This document shows, piece by piece, positions 1 to 8,292 of a DNA stretch of 64,000 nucleotides. This stretch comes from an uncultured virus (IMG/VR IMGVR_UViG_3300022555_000054) (lineage: Duplodnaviria > Heunggongvirae > Uroviricota > Caudoviricetes): IMG/VR virus record IMGVR_UViG_3300022555_000054; one strand, 5' to 3'. The notes under the pieces were generated by a model. It was given only the letters and a program-made list of their open reading frames with translations, was not told the DNA's origin and did not search any database. The position numbers and the translations under genes were made by a program. How positions within the stretch are numbered: the stretch's first letter is position 1; the number at the start of each line of letters is the position of its first letter.

Positions 1-1
1 G

Positions 2-526
2 GGGGCTTCTCCCCAGAAGCCAGAAGCCAGAAGCCAGATAACCCCCAAAGCCCCCTCGGCTGGAGGCGATGAAGGCGACGGCGCGAAGGCGATCTGTAAA
101 AAGTTCCTCGAAGAGCGTTCCCGGCTTTGGCCCGACGAAAGTGCGCTGCCGGCCCCAACCATGACTATCAAGTCGATTGCTCGGCAGCACCTGGATGCCG
201 GGGGGTCTGTTGACCTGATTATCGAAGTCATGGCCCGAGGAATGGAGCGGATGTCAAAGTCCGGAAAGACCGCCCCGAATAGCTTGGCGGTGTTTAAGAA
301 CTCAATTGCTGATGCCATAACTCAGCACAAGCAATCTGGTTCAAATGGAAGTTCAACAAGCGCGTCAGTTTATGTTTCTGCGTCTGATCGTGACGATGAA
401 AGGCAGAGGACGTGGATTAGACTTTGGAAGTCATCAGGACATTGGCCGGAAGACATCAGGGGTCCAAAGCCAGGGTCTTACGGGTGCCGGGTACGTCCAG
501 AAATTCTTGCGGAGTTTTCGAATTGA
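2..526 (+). CDS. 3' part of phage replication initiator (O-like); 5' end lies outside the window
   Basis: Frame open from base 2 (GASPQKPEARSQITPKAP... into the 161..526 ORF). QKPEARSQ linker and C-terminal W-x-G-x-W...GPKPG..GC motif resemble alphaproteobacterial prophage initiators. DnaB ends the window. Confidence 0.6.
   Translation, partial: GASPQKPEARSQITPKAPSAGGDEGDGAKAICKKFLEERSRLWPDESALPAPTMTIKSIARQHLDAGGSVDLIIEVMARGMERMSKSGKTAPNSLAVFKNSIADAITQHKQSGSNGSSTSASVYVSASDRDDERQRTWIRLWKSSGHWPEDIRGPKPGSYGCRVRPEILAEFSN
13..40 (+). repeat. 7-bp tandem repeat (CCAGAAG x3 + CCAGATA) inside the initiator gene; possible origin-associated repeat
   Basis: Repeat seen directly. Lambdoid origins lie inside the initiator gene. 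Confidence 0.5.
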
Positions 527-528
527 CC

Positions 529-879
529 ATGCACATTCCACTTTTCAAACCAGCCTGCTGGACCGACACCGCCACCGAACGCTGCGGCTGGTCCTGGGAC
601 TGTGGCCGGGCCTGTGCCAACGCCTATTCCCCGGCCGGCGTCGAAATCCTGCTGCGGCACACCCCGACCTGTCACGGATGCCGACGCTTGATCCGCGCAT
701 GGGAGATTATCGAGGGCACGGTGACGCCGGATGCGCCGGACCCGCGCGGACCGGGCGTCAAGGGGGATAATCCGGCCGCTGGTGCGTTTCAGGCGGTGGA
801 TGCTACGTCCGAGCATCCCGAAGCGCAGAACGCACCAGACAGGGCTCTAATCAATTCGTTCTGGAGCGCAACGAAATGA
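529..879 (+). CDS. Cys-rich hypothetical protein
   Basis: ATG 2 nt after the upstream stop; stop overlaps the next ATG (ATGA). Confidence 0.55.
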   Translation: MHIPLFKPACWTDTATERCGWSWDCGRACANAYSPAGVEILLRHTPTCHGCRRLIRAWEIIEGTVTPDAPDPRGPGVKGDNPAAGAFQAVDATSEHPEAQNAPDRALINSFWSATK

Positions 880-1499
880 CGCAAAACCGATCTCACGCCG
901 TCATGGCGCAGCGCACCGAGCCGCACGATAGCTTGGATTTCTTCCCGACGCCGCCCTGGGCGACGCGGGCTCTCGTCGAGCACATTCTAGCGCCCGCCGA
1001 TTGGCTTGGAAAATCAACATGGGAACCGGCTTGCGGAACCGGAGACATGGCCCGGCCGCTCGCTGAGTATTTCGATAGCGTCAGGGCATCTGATGTCCAC
1101 GATTACGGCTTCGGCGAGGTGCTGGATTTCCTGATGCCGATCCCGGTTTCCTTGCGGCCTGACTGGGTGATCACCAATCCACCATTCCGACTGGCAGAAC
1201 AGTTCATCGAGCGCGGACTTGAGAAATCGACAGTCGGAGTTGCCGTCCTGGTCCGCACGGTGTTTCTCGCCACGGTTGGCCGGTTCGAGATGTTCCGCCG
1301 TTGGCCTCCCACTGCTGTTGCTCAGTTCGCCGAGCGCGTCCCGATGGTCAAGGGGCGCGTTGATCCGAAGGCCAGCACGGCGACGGATTATTGCTGGATC
1401 GTGTTTAAGCACGGCGAGACGGACACACGGATGCGCTGGATACCCCCTTGCCGGAAGGCGCTGGAGCGGCCGGGGGATTACGAGCGGGTGGAGGCATGA
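876..1499 (+). CDS. Orphan DNA N6-adenine methyltransferase
   Basis: DFFPTPPWATRAL, motif I WEPACGTG, motif IV ITNPPF. Confidence 0.85.
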   Translation: MTQNRSHAVMAQRTEPHDSLDFFPTPPWATRALVEHILAPADWLGKSTWEPACGTGDMARPLAEYFDSVRASDVHDYGFGEVLDFLMPIPVSLRPDWVITNPPFRLAEQFIERGLEKSTVGVAVLVRTVFLATVGRFEMFRRWPPTAVAQFAERVPMVKGRVDPKASTATDYCWIVFKHGETDTRMRWIPPCRKALERPGDYERVEA

Positions 1500-1708
1500 C
1501 CGCCCAACGCGCCGCAGACAGGCAGCTCCGGTGTCGCCTTGGGGACAAGGTGCCGAGCGCTGCGAACGACCTGGAGCCTATCGCTCGCCGCTCATGGCAC
1601 GAGCGGGGATTCGTTTCGATCTCGATCACGGACCCGGCGCTGACCAGGAGCGAGCGCGCGGCATTGGCCGGAATAGCAGAGCGGAGATTTGGGAGGCGGA
1701 ATGGCTGA
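1496..1708 (+). CDS. Hypothetical protein
   Basis: ATGA-coupled to the MTase; GGAGG RBS. Confidence 0.55.
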   Translation: MTAQRAADRQLRCRLGDKVPSAANDLEPIARRSWHERGFVSISITDPALTRSERAALAGIAERRFGRRNG

Positions 1709-2315
1709 CGACAGGCTGCGGATACTGACGGAGGCGATGGGCATCGAAACCGTGACCAAGATGGTCGATTGCCAGCCGGTCCAGTACCGGCGGGTTCAGT
1801 GCTCGTCATGCGGGGCGGTTTCTGAGGTGCGTCACAAGATCGATGCCCCACCGGATCGGGTTCGTCAGAGCTTCGAGCAGAAGGGGTGGAAAACCCCGAA
1901 GCCACGTCTCTGGAGCTGCCCAGATTGCGCAAGACCGAGACGAAAAACAGAGGAATACAAAAAGTTTTCACGACCGGAACAACTGGAGATTTTGGACATG
2001 AATAAGGCGCCGATTAAGCAGGAACATATCGCGGCGGCCAGGGAGCCGACAGCGAAAGAATGCAAGGCTGTGTTCGAATTGGCTGGAGGTTACTTCAAGG
2101 ACGGAAAGTACGATTCAGGTTGGTCAGACCGGCGCGTGGCCGATGAACTGAAGATGCCGCCGGCCGTCGTTGCCAAAGCTCGCGAGGAGTTTTTCGGTCC
2201 GATCAAGGGCGATCCAGAACTCGAAGCCGCGAAGTCCGATCTGGCGGCGATCCTGAGCATGATCAAGCCGCTCGAACAGCGGATAACGGCCATCGAAAAG
2301 CGCATCTGCGGCTGA
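1701..2315 (+). CDS. Zn-finger (CxxC...CxxC) and HTH-like hypothetical protein
   Basis: CSSC and CPDC pairs; WSDRRVADELKMP HTH-like segment; GGAGG RBS. Confidence 0.7.
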   Translation: MADDRLRILTEAMGIETVTKMVDCQPVQYRRVQCSSCGAVSEVRHKIDAPPDRVRQSFEQKGWKTPKPRLWSCPDCARPRRKTEEYKKFSRPEQLEILDMNKAPIKQEHIAAAREPTAKECKAVFELAGGYFKDGKYDSGWSDRRVADELKMPPAVVAKAREEFFGPIKGDPELEAAKSDLAAILSMIKPLEQRITAIEKRICG

Positions 2316-2334
2316 ACCAACACCAGGGGGCACA

Positions 2335-3078
2335 ATGACCGAGCACAGGACCAAGGCGCGGACGCGGGCCGGGCGGAGAGAAGGCAGGAAGCGGCGGCAG
2401 GATGTGCTGCGCGAACCGAATGGCCGTGTCGCCGAGCGCGTCCAGATTGCTGATCGCGGGCCAACTGTCCACGAGGAACTGAAGCGGCAGATGGCGATCC
2501 GCTTTGGCCTGACGGTTGAGCAGATTGAAGCTGGAATGACCGGGAACAAGGACATAACCGGAATGGGGATGACGGCCGTCTATGCCCTCTGGCTCCGCGA
2601 TTTGCTCGGCCATAAAGGCGGTGTCGGGGAAAAGCGCAAGACGAACCTGGAGGATTACCGCACGCTCTGGGTAAACTGGTCGGCCATGACCGGAAGCAGG
2701 CGGTGGAAGCCGGACCAGAAGCCAGCCGGAATGGGTCTTACCGAGGAAGCATGGAGGGCTTGCGACGACAAAATGGCCGCGTGCGACGGGGTGCTGCAAC
2801 GGCTTCCTGGCGGCGATAATATCCGCGATGTGCTGGCGGAGATATGTCTCGACGACGCCATTCCCTGCGACCTAATCCCCCCGGAGGGCGCGCGGAACGC
2901 CGTCGTCGAGACGGCATTCTCCGGCCTAAAGGTCATCAGGGCAATCCGACTGGGCGCCGATGCCGTCGGGGCCGTTCTGTCGTCCAGGAAAATCCCAGAA
3001 CGCGCCCGCCCATCATTCGAGGACAAGCGGGCGGTGTTTGATAGCGTCATTCGGAATCGGGGGGCGTCGCCTGGGTAG
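2335..3078 (+). CDS. Putative late-transcription regulator (Q-position gene)
   Basis: Last early-right gene before a promoter/terminator pair and the late operon. Function is inferred from position only. Confidence 0.4.
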   Translation: MTEHRTKARTRAGRREGRKRRQDVLREPNGRVAERVQIADRGPTVHEELKRQMAIRFGLTVEQIEAGMTGNKDITGMGMTAVYALWLRDLLGHKGGVGEKRKTNLEDYRTLWVNWSAMTGSRRWKPDQKPAGMGLTEEAWRACDDKMAACDGVLQRLPGGDNIRDVLAEICLDDAIPCDLIPPEGARNAVVETAFSGLKVIRAIRLGADAVGAVLSSRKIPERARPSFEDKRAVFDSVIRNRGASPG

Positions 3079-3223
3079 ACTTTTGGCGCTCACGGAAACG
3101 GCGTTGGCGTTCGGCGTTGGTTGATTGTCCGCCGCTTTCGCTCGGGAGTCCAGCAGCTTTCCGAGCCGCGCGCCGTTTGGCAGATGCGGCCCGGAACTGG
3201 GCTTTGCGGTGTTCGTCGGTCAA
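3047..3223 (-). CDS. Small basic protein (STNAERQRRFRERQK motif)
   Basis: TTG start overlaps the upstream stop; AERQRRxRER motif is common in small phage proteins. Confidence 0.55.
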   Translation of the reverse strand: MTDEHRKAQFRAASAKRRAARKAAGLPSESGGQSTNAERQRRFRERQKSTQATPPDSE

Positions 3224-3399
3224 GCTGCTACGCCCATCGCCCAGTCTTCGCACTTCTGCATGTGAGCGGCGCGCTTCTCAGCTTCGGCGCGGGTCCGGTA
3301 TGAGCCGGCGCAAAAGTTGCCTTGCTGGTCGATGACGATCCATGACTTGCGGGCGGTATCGGCACAAACGTCGAGGTGGGCGAGGAAAACTTGGCGCAT
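3220..3399 (-). CDS. Small hypothetical protein
   Basis: GGAG RBS before MRQVFLAHLDV... Confidence 0.55.
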   Translation of the reverse strand: MRQVFLAHLDVCADTARKSWIVIDQQGNFCAGSYRTRAEAEKRAAHMQKCEDWAMGVAA

Positions 3400-3445
3400 T
3401 GTCTGTCTCCGTGGTGAATGCGGCCCCGAAGGGCCGCTGTTGGTG

Positions 3446-3664
3446 TTAGGCGGCAATGTTATGGTCGAGATAGTCGTTCCGGTAGGCGGCGCGACGGAAA
3501 TAGGCGCTCCCATCGATCCGCTTGCGCCCGTCAGCCAAGCAACGCTTAAACTCATTGGCGCTATCCTCTGCCGTATCGCCAACTCCGCAAAGCAGGTCGC
3601 CATCAATAATCTGGGAAGTGGTGAACTCGAACCGGCCGCAGTACATGCGAGAGGTGGTTTTCAT
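3446..3664 (-). CDS. Small hypothetical protein
   Basis: GGAG RBS; lies directly downstream of a leftward sigma70-type promoter. Confidence 0.6.
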   Translation of the reverse strand: MKTTSRMYCGRFEFTTSQIIDGDLLCGVGDTAEDSANEFKRCLADGRKRIDGSAYFRRAAYRNDYLDHNIAA

Positions 3665-3711
3665 CGTTCGTCTCCGTTGGTTGGTGGCGTTCCCGCCGTC
3701 TTGATGTTCTA

Positions 3712-3740
3712 ACTGTAACGCGTCATCACACCGCCGTCAA
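3712..3740 (-). promoter_or_regulatory. Leftward sigma70-type promoter
   Basis: TTGACG-N17-TACAGT on the minus strand. Confidence 0.6.
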
Positions 3741-3797
3741 CAGGAAAATAACGCGTCAACGAAATAATCCGCGCCCCTACCCGCTGCGCTTTTCCCC

Positions 3798-3825
3798 TTG
3801 ACGCCGCGCTAACCATCGTGATAAC
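3798..3825 (+). promoter_or_regulatory. Candidate late promoter (pR'-like)
   Basis: TTGACG-N16-GATAAC, followed about 30 nt later by a terminator. Confidence 0.4.
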
Positions 3826-3857
3826 CGTCGAAATAGATGCTGAACTTGTTGTCAGTG

Positions 3858-3891
3858 AAGCCCCGCCCGGCCATCCCCGAGGCGGGCTTTT
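3858..3891 (+). terminator. Intrinsic terminator (tR'-like)
   Basis: AAGCCCCGCC...GGCGGGCTTTT hairpin followed by a U tract. Confidence 0.6.
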
Positions 3892-3935
3892 CGTGTCTGC
3901 GGCCCTGACCGGACCAACGCCGTGATATCCGGCGC

Positions 3936-4169
3936 CGGTTATCCGCAATGGGGGCTAACTGCGTAGCGGGTGGCCCTCTTCGTGTCCGACATGGGGTGCA
4001 TCCTGAGTCGGCAAAGCCGGTGACGAGGCCGGTATGCTGTCGTGCAACTCGACGGCGCCAATCCAGCCCTCAGCGGGCCAGGGATCGCGCACACAGCCGA
4101 GCGGCGACAGCGCCAGTACCGAAACGAGCCGAAAGCCAACGATGAACCCGGTGAGCCGGGCGCGTTGGC
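3936..4169 (+). ncRNA. Candidate structured RNA with a tRNA-like T-arm
   Basis: Stems GGTTATCCGC/GCGGGTGGCC, CCGAC/GTCGG, GCCGG/CCGGT, GCTGTCG-TGCAACT-CGACGGC then ..CCA, and GCCAACG..CCCGG-TGAG-CCGGG..CGTTGGC. Confidence 0.4.
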
Positions 4170-4187
4170 CTGCGCCGTAGCTGCCAT

Positions 4188-4475
4188 GTGCCTGCCCTGC
4201 CCGAACTGTTCGATAAAATCGAATGGTTGGGGAAAGGGGCTTTGGGGATTGGGGCACCGATAGAACCGAATACCACTGCGCCAGAGCGCTACGTCGCGGC
4301 GGCGCTGGAACCGATACACCGAGGCATCATGGACGAATACGGCTTCACCGTCGAAACCCGGCCTCGTCTCGGCTCGGGAGCGGTTCGCACCCCCAGCCGT
4401 CCCGCCAGTATCGAGTCGACACGGTGCAGCCTGACGGTCGCCGAGTGCGCGGCTATCGTCTACGGGGGGAAATGA
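4188..4475 (+). CDS. Hypothetical protein
   Basis: Stop overlaps the Cache gene ATG (ATGA); start uncertain. Confidence 0.45.
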   Translation: MPALPELFDKIEWLGKGALGIGAPIEPNTTAPERYVAAALEPIHRGIMDEYGFTVETRPRLGSGAVRTPSRPASIESTRCSLTVAECAAIVYGGK

Positions 4476-5161
4476 TGCCACGCGCCATCGCTCACTTCCC
4501 CGAGTTCGTCGGGCATCTGACAGGGCGCACGCGGTCACAAGTCGTTCTCGCCATTCTGGCGATGCTGATGCTGCCGCTCTCCCTGATGGGTGTGGTCGAG
4601 ATCAAGAACGCCGCCATCGCGGCTCGTATGGACGGAAGTCAGCACCTCGTCGAAGCCAGCATCAATACCGTCTTGGGCTACTACAACGCCGCGATGGCCG
4701 GTAAGATCACCCAAGCCGACGCGCAACGAGCCGCCGTCGCCGTGCTCGACAGCATGTCCTACGACAAAAGCAATTATGTCTATGGCTACGACTACCGGTC
4801 ACAGCCGGGCAAAATCCTGCTGAAGTTCAATCGGGTTCGCCCCGATCTGGTCGGTGTTGACCGACGCGATGCCACATCGTCAGATGGCGTCAAATACGTC
4901 CTGGCCGGCTACAACGTCGCTCGAAATGGCGGCGGGTTCTACTCGTACCAGTGGGATGCTGGAGGCACATCGCCGAAAGCTCGCCCGAAAGTCAGCTACG
5001 CCGCAGCGTTCGAACCATGGGGCTGGTACATCGGCACCGGTTCGTACATCGACGATATCCTGATCCAATTTTGGAACAACATCTCATTCGTTTTGTCATT
5101 ATTCGCCGCGCTCTGTGCTCTCGGCTCTGCCCTGATTGATTGGCTTTATTCGAGGGTGTGA
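4472..5161 (+). CDS. Stand-alone membrane-anchored single Cache (sCache_2-type) sensor-domain protein with no cytoplasmic output domain
   Basis: TM1 VVLAILAMLMLPLSLMGVV; Cache signature G-IT-ADAQ-AA..Y...NYVYGYD...GGGFYSYQW...PKVSYAAAFEPWGWYIGTGSYIDDI; TM2 followed by a stop. Confidence 0.85.
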   Translation: MMPRAIAHFPEFVGHLTGRTRSQVVLAILAMLMLPLSLMGVVEIKNAAIAARMDGSQHLVEASINTVLGYYNAAMAGKITQADAQRAAVAVLDSMSYDKSNYVYGYDYRSQPGKILLKFNRVRPDLVGVDRRDATSSDGVKYVLAGYNVARNGGGFYSYQWDAGGTSPKARPKVSYAAAFEPWGWYIGTGSYIDDILIQFWNNISFVLSLFAALCALGSALIDWLYSRV

Positions 5162-5162
5162 T

Positions 5163-5696
5163 GTGCTCAGCGAAGCCGATATCTCTCCGACGATTCAAGC
5201 CGTCGTCACGGCCGTCTGTGGCATCGGCGCCATCGGGTATTTTTTGTGGCAGGTCTTCAGCCGCATAAAGGTCGATGATCGGCGTTCGGAACTTGACGCC
5301 GAACAGAAGGAAGACCGCTCGTCACTGCGTCGGCGCAATGACCAGCTAGAGCACAAGGTTTCGGAACTCCAAGACAGGCTGATCGAAGCCACCGCCGCAT
5401 CATCCGGTGCCGGTTCCTGCGTTGCCCAGATGCAGCGCACGATTATCCACCTTGAACGCCGCATCAAAGAGCTGTCGTCCGACATCAAGACGGTTGAGGC
5501 AGCATTCGATGAGTCCGAGGCGCTAACCGAGCAATACCGGCTGCTGTTGGCGCAAGCCAAGTTCTACCTGGAAAATTGCAAGGGCTGCCAGAACCCAGAG
5601 GCGCTAAAGTACCTTCGTGCTGAGCTGCCGAAGTACCTCGTCAAGACCGAGCACAACGAGCCGCTGCTGCTGGTGGAGCAATTCAATGATCGATAA
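5163..5696 (+). CDS. Single-TM coiled-coil protein
   Basis: GTG with GAGGG RBS 1 nt after the Cache stop; TM AVVTAVCGIGAIGYFLW; long heptad region; CKGC near the C terminus. Confidence 0.7.
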   Translation: MLSEADISPTIQAVVTAVCGIGAIGYFLWQVFSRIKVDDRRSELDAEQKEDRSSLRRRNDQLEHKVSELQDRLIEATAASSGAGSCVAQMQRTIIHLERRIKELSSDIKTVEAAFDESEALTEQYRLLLAQAKFYLENCKGCQNPEALKYLRAELPKYLVKTEHNEPLLLVEQFNDR

Positions 5697-5796
5697 CCCG
5701 TTTCTCGGAATCGCGTTTCGCTCGCTCGCCGTCATGACGACGCTCTGGCTGGCGCCGTTCGCCGCCTGTGGCGTGCCGATGATGTGGCGGGCGTGA
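5686..5796 (+). CDS. 36-aa hydrophobic peptide
   Basis: GGAG RBS; overlaps the upstream stop; MIDNPFLGIAFRSLAVMTTLWLAPFAACGVPMMWRA. Confidence 0.4.
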   Translation: MIDNPFLGIAFRSLAVMTTLWLAPFAACGVPMMWRA

Positions 5797-5976
5797 CCTT
5801 TTAAAGAACTAGGGCCAACGCGCCCTTCTGAACTATCGCCTCTGCCAAGTGGCGAATAGACGCGGCCAGTCAAGATCAACCGAAATTCTTCGGGGTCTGG
5901 ATGGCCGCATTAACCTGCGGCACCCGTCCGCGTCCGGGGCTTGGCAGCTTCCGGACCCCGAAGGAGACACCACATC

Positions 5977-7563
5977 ATGACCACGACCAACGCCGCATCT
6001 GCGGAGAATACCATGCTGCGTTCGATTTCCTTTGTTACCAGCCGCCACATGGTTCGGCCGGTAAACGCCGCCCACAAAGCGGCCGTGAAGGCGAAGATCG
6101 AGCGCATCGGCTTTCTTGCGCAGCATCCGCTTTGCGTGACGGCCGAAGGCAAGCTCTGGGCCGGCAATCATCGCTATGAGGTAGCGCTTGAACTGGGGCT
6201 TTCCGAAGTCCCAATGTTCATCGCCCCCGAGCCGGAGAGCCTGGACCGAGCCGCCATCGAGGATAACGACGCGAGCGCCGACGCTCTGCCGAACACCTTC
6301 GTGGACATCGCCGAGCTGGTATGGCGCAAACTGGACGCCGGCCAGACACAGCAGGCAGTGGCGGATGAGTTGGGGAAGAGTCGGGACGCCATCGCCAAGT
6401 TCGCGGCCATGAAAGCGATTTCGGTAAGCGCGTGGGATGTTGTGACGACGGCTGTAAGGTCCGTCACAACCTCGGGGGAAGATGGCGTCACAGCCAATGT
6501 GACGGACGGCACATTCTCTGAGAACCTTCTCCGATCGATCCTCGCCCTCACCCCAGCCCAGCAACTCGACCTCGTCACCCGCCTCGCCGCCGGCCATATC
6601 AAGAAGTCCCAGTTCAAGACGCAGGCCGAGAACCTGAAGTCGCGAAACGAGGCGACGGACTGGGTACGCAAGGAACTGTCGGCGGTTGATGCTGATATCC
6701 TTGATGGTGCCCTCGCCGAAGTCGCCAAGGGCATCTATGACGACGAATGGAAGGCCGCAAGCGGATCGGGGGCGCGGCTCGGGAAACTAGTTGAAGCGAA
6801 GCGCGATGCACACAAAAAGCTGCACGCGATCACTTTGATACGAGGCGATTTCGCTCAGGAAATCGAGAAGTTGCCGTCTGGATCAATCGACGCCATCATC
6901 ACCGATCCGCCGTACAACATTAGCCAGGATCGAACCTATACGCGGACTGACGGCGCCAACATCGAGAAAAATTTCGGCGCATGGGACAATGTCGACCATG
7001 CTGAGTTCAAGGGCATGATTAGCGCGTGGGCCGCGTCGTTCGCGCGAGTGCTCAAGCCCGGCGGAACGGGATTCATGTTCGTCGGAGAGCGGTATTTCAA
7101 CGTCGCACAGGACATCTTTGAGGCGGCCGGGTTCGAGATCAAGGGCACGTTCTTCTGGTGCCGAACCAATCCCGGCGCAAGCATGACCCAAGCCGACTTC
7201 ATGCCGGCAATGGATTATGCAATCCAGTTCGTGAAGCCGGGAGCCAAGCGAACATTCAACTATCCCGGAGATGCGGACGGAGACGGATTCAACTGGCGCC
7301 GCTTCCCGATCTGCGGCGGTGGAGAGCGGATTAAGCGTCAGGGGGCGCGGGCCGATGAAAGCGCCAGCCTGCACCCGACGCAGAAGCCGGAAGCTGTGAT
7401 CCGCCACCTGATGGAGTGCGTCACCGTTCCGGGCGACACGGTTCTTGACGGATTCATGGGGGTCGGGACTACGGCCGCTGTAGCGAAGAAGTCGGGCCGT
7501 AGGTTCATCGGGTTCGAGATCGACCAGACGTTCTTTGACGCGGCAAAGCAGCGGCTGGCGTAA
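5977..7563 (+). CDS. ParB/Srx-like domain + HTH + N4/N6 DNA methyltransferase (beta class) fusion
   Basis: N-terminal LWAGNHRYEVA; HTH TQQAVADELGKSRDAIAK; TDPPY, HPTQKP, LDGFMGVGTT; AAGGAG RBS. Confidence 0.9.
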   Translation: MTTTNAASAENTMLRSISFVTSRHMVRPVNAAHKAAVKAKIERIGFLAQHPLCVTAEGKLWAGNHRYEVALELGLSEVPMFIAPEPESLDRAAIEDNDASADALPNTFVDIAELVWRKLDAGQTQQAVADELGKSRDAIAKFAAMKAISVSAWDVVTTAVRSVTTSGEDGVTANVTDGTFSENLLRSILALTPAQQLDLVTRLAAGHIKKSQFKTQAENLKSRNEATDWVRKELSAVDADILDGALAEVAKGIYDDEWKAASGSGARLGKLVEAKRDAHKKLHAITLIRGDFAQEIEKLPSGSIDAIITDPPYNISQDRTYTRTDGANIEKNFGAWDNVDHAEFKGMISAWAASFARVLKPGGTGFMFVGERYFNVAQDIFEAAGFEIKGTFFWCRTNPGASMTQADFMPAMDYAIQFVKPGAKRTFNYPGDADGDGFNWRRFPICGGGERIKRQGARADESASLHPTQKPEAVIRHLMECVTVPGDTVLDGFMGVGTTAAVAKKSGRRFIGFEIDQTFFDAAKQRLA

Positions 7564-7584
7564 TCGGCACCAGGAGCATCGGCC

Positions 7585-8028
7585 ATGGGCCGGGCAAACC
7601 CGCTTCGATGGGATTGCGACAGCAAGGGCTGTTTCAATCTCAAGAAGCGCCCAAAGATTGAACTCTTTGCGGAGTGTCTTCCCGGAAACATGGCTTTTGG
7701 CGACATCGACGGAATTGCCGAACTGAATGGAAACTTCCTCCTTCTTGAGTGGAAGCAGAGCATAAGCGGAGATATTGGCCGGGGTCAGGCCATCATGTAC
7801 GAGCGGATGGCATCAAATCCCGCATGGCATGTCTTCGTGATTGTTGGCGATCCCGAAACCATGAAAATCGAGAGGTATGCCGTTTTTCATTCTGGCAAGA
7901 TGAGTAGATGGAAACCGGCCAATATAGATGATGTTAAAGAACGAATCAGAGGCTGGGTTCGGTGGGCGGGAGAAAATAACCGAGCATCGCTATATCAGCT
8001 ACGCCGACCAGCAACGCTATCTCGATGA
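7585..8028 (+). CDS. Small PD-(D/E)XK-like nuclease-fold protein
   Basis: GDIDG...LLEWK...GQ motif spacing; AGGAG RBS. Confidence 0.55.
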   Translation: MGRANPLRWDCDSKGCFNLKKRPKIELFAECLPGNMAFGDIDGIAELNGNFLLLEWKQSISGDIGRGQAIMYERMASNPAWHVFVIVGDPETMKIERYAVFHSGKMSRWKPANIDDVKERIRGWVRWAGENNRASLYQLRRPATLSR

Positions 8029-8098
8029 CGGTTGGGAACTGATGCCCCAAACCGGACCTCATGCAGCTTACGGCGTGATCGCGACCAGGGAAATACCG
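7976..8098 (+). repeat. Diverged 123-bp direct repeat, copy 1 (copy 2 at 9626-9748)
   Basis: Encodes ITEHRYISYADQQRYLDDGWELMPQTGPHAAYGVIATREIP. Confidence 0.9.
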
Positions 8099-8278
8099 AT
8101 GACCGAGACCCGCAAGCGCCGCGTCGTGCGGCACGTCCAGGCGCATCGCCGGCAGTACACGATTACTGTCAGCGCGGCGATGGTCGGGACGGTGCTGTAC
8201 CTCGTCGGAGACCTGGTGATCGGGGCGCTGGGGAATGGGCTGTGGTCGGTTGTGGCGCCGGTTTTTGGGATAAAATAG
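8099..8278 (+). CDS. Small basic and TM protein
   Basis: MTETRKRR... followed by a hydrophobic C-terminal half; in frame with repeat copy 1. Confidence 0.5.
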   Translation: MTETRKRRVVRHVQAHRRQYTITVSAAMVGTVLYLVGDLVIGALGNGLWSVVAPVFGIK

Positions 8279-8292
8279 GAAAAATCGGAACT

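Noticed and set aside
3990..4170. Hammerhead/twister ribozyme or c-di-GMP riboswitch
   Set aside because: The catalytic or aptamer consensus could not be matched with correct stems; kept only as an unclassified structured RNA.
4472..5696. Frameshifted full-length chemoreceptor
   Set aside because: The second ORF has its own RBS, start and TM, and lacks HAMP or MCP hairpin signatures.
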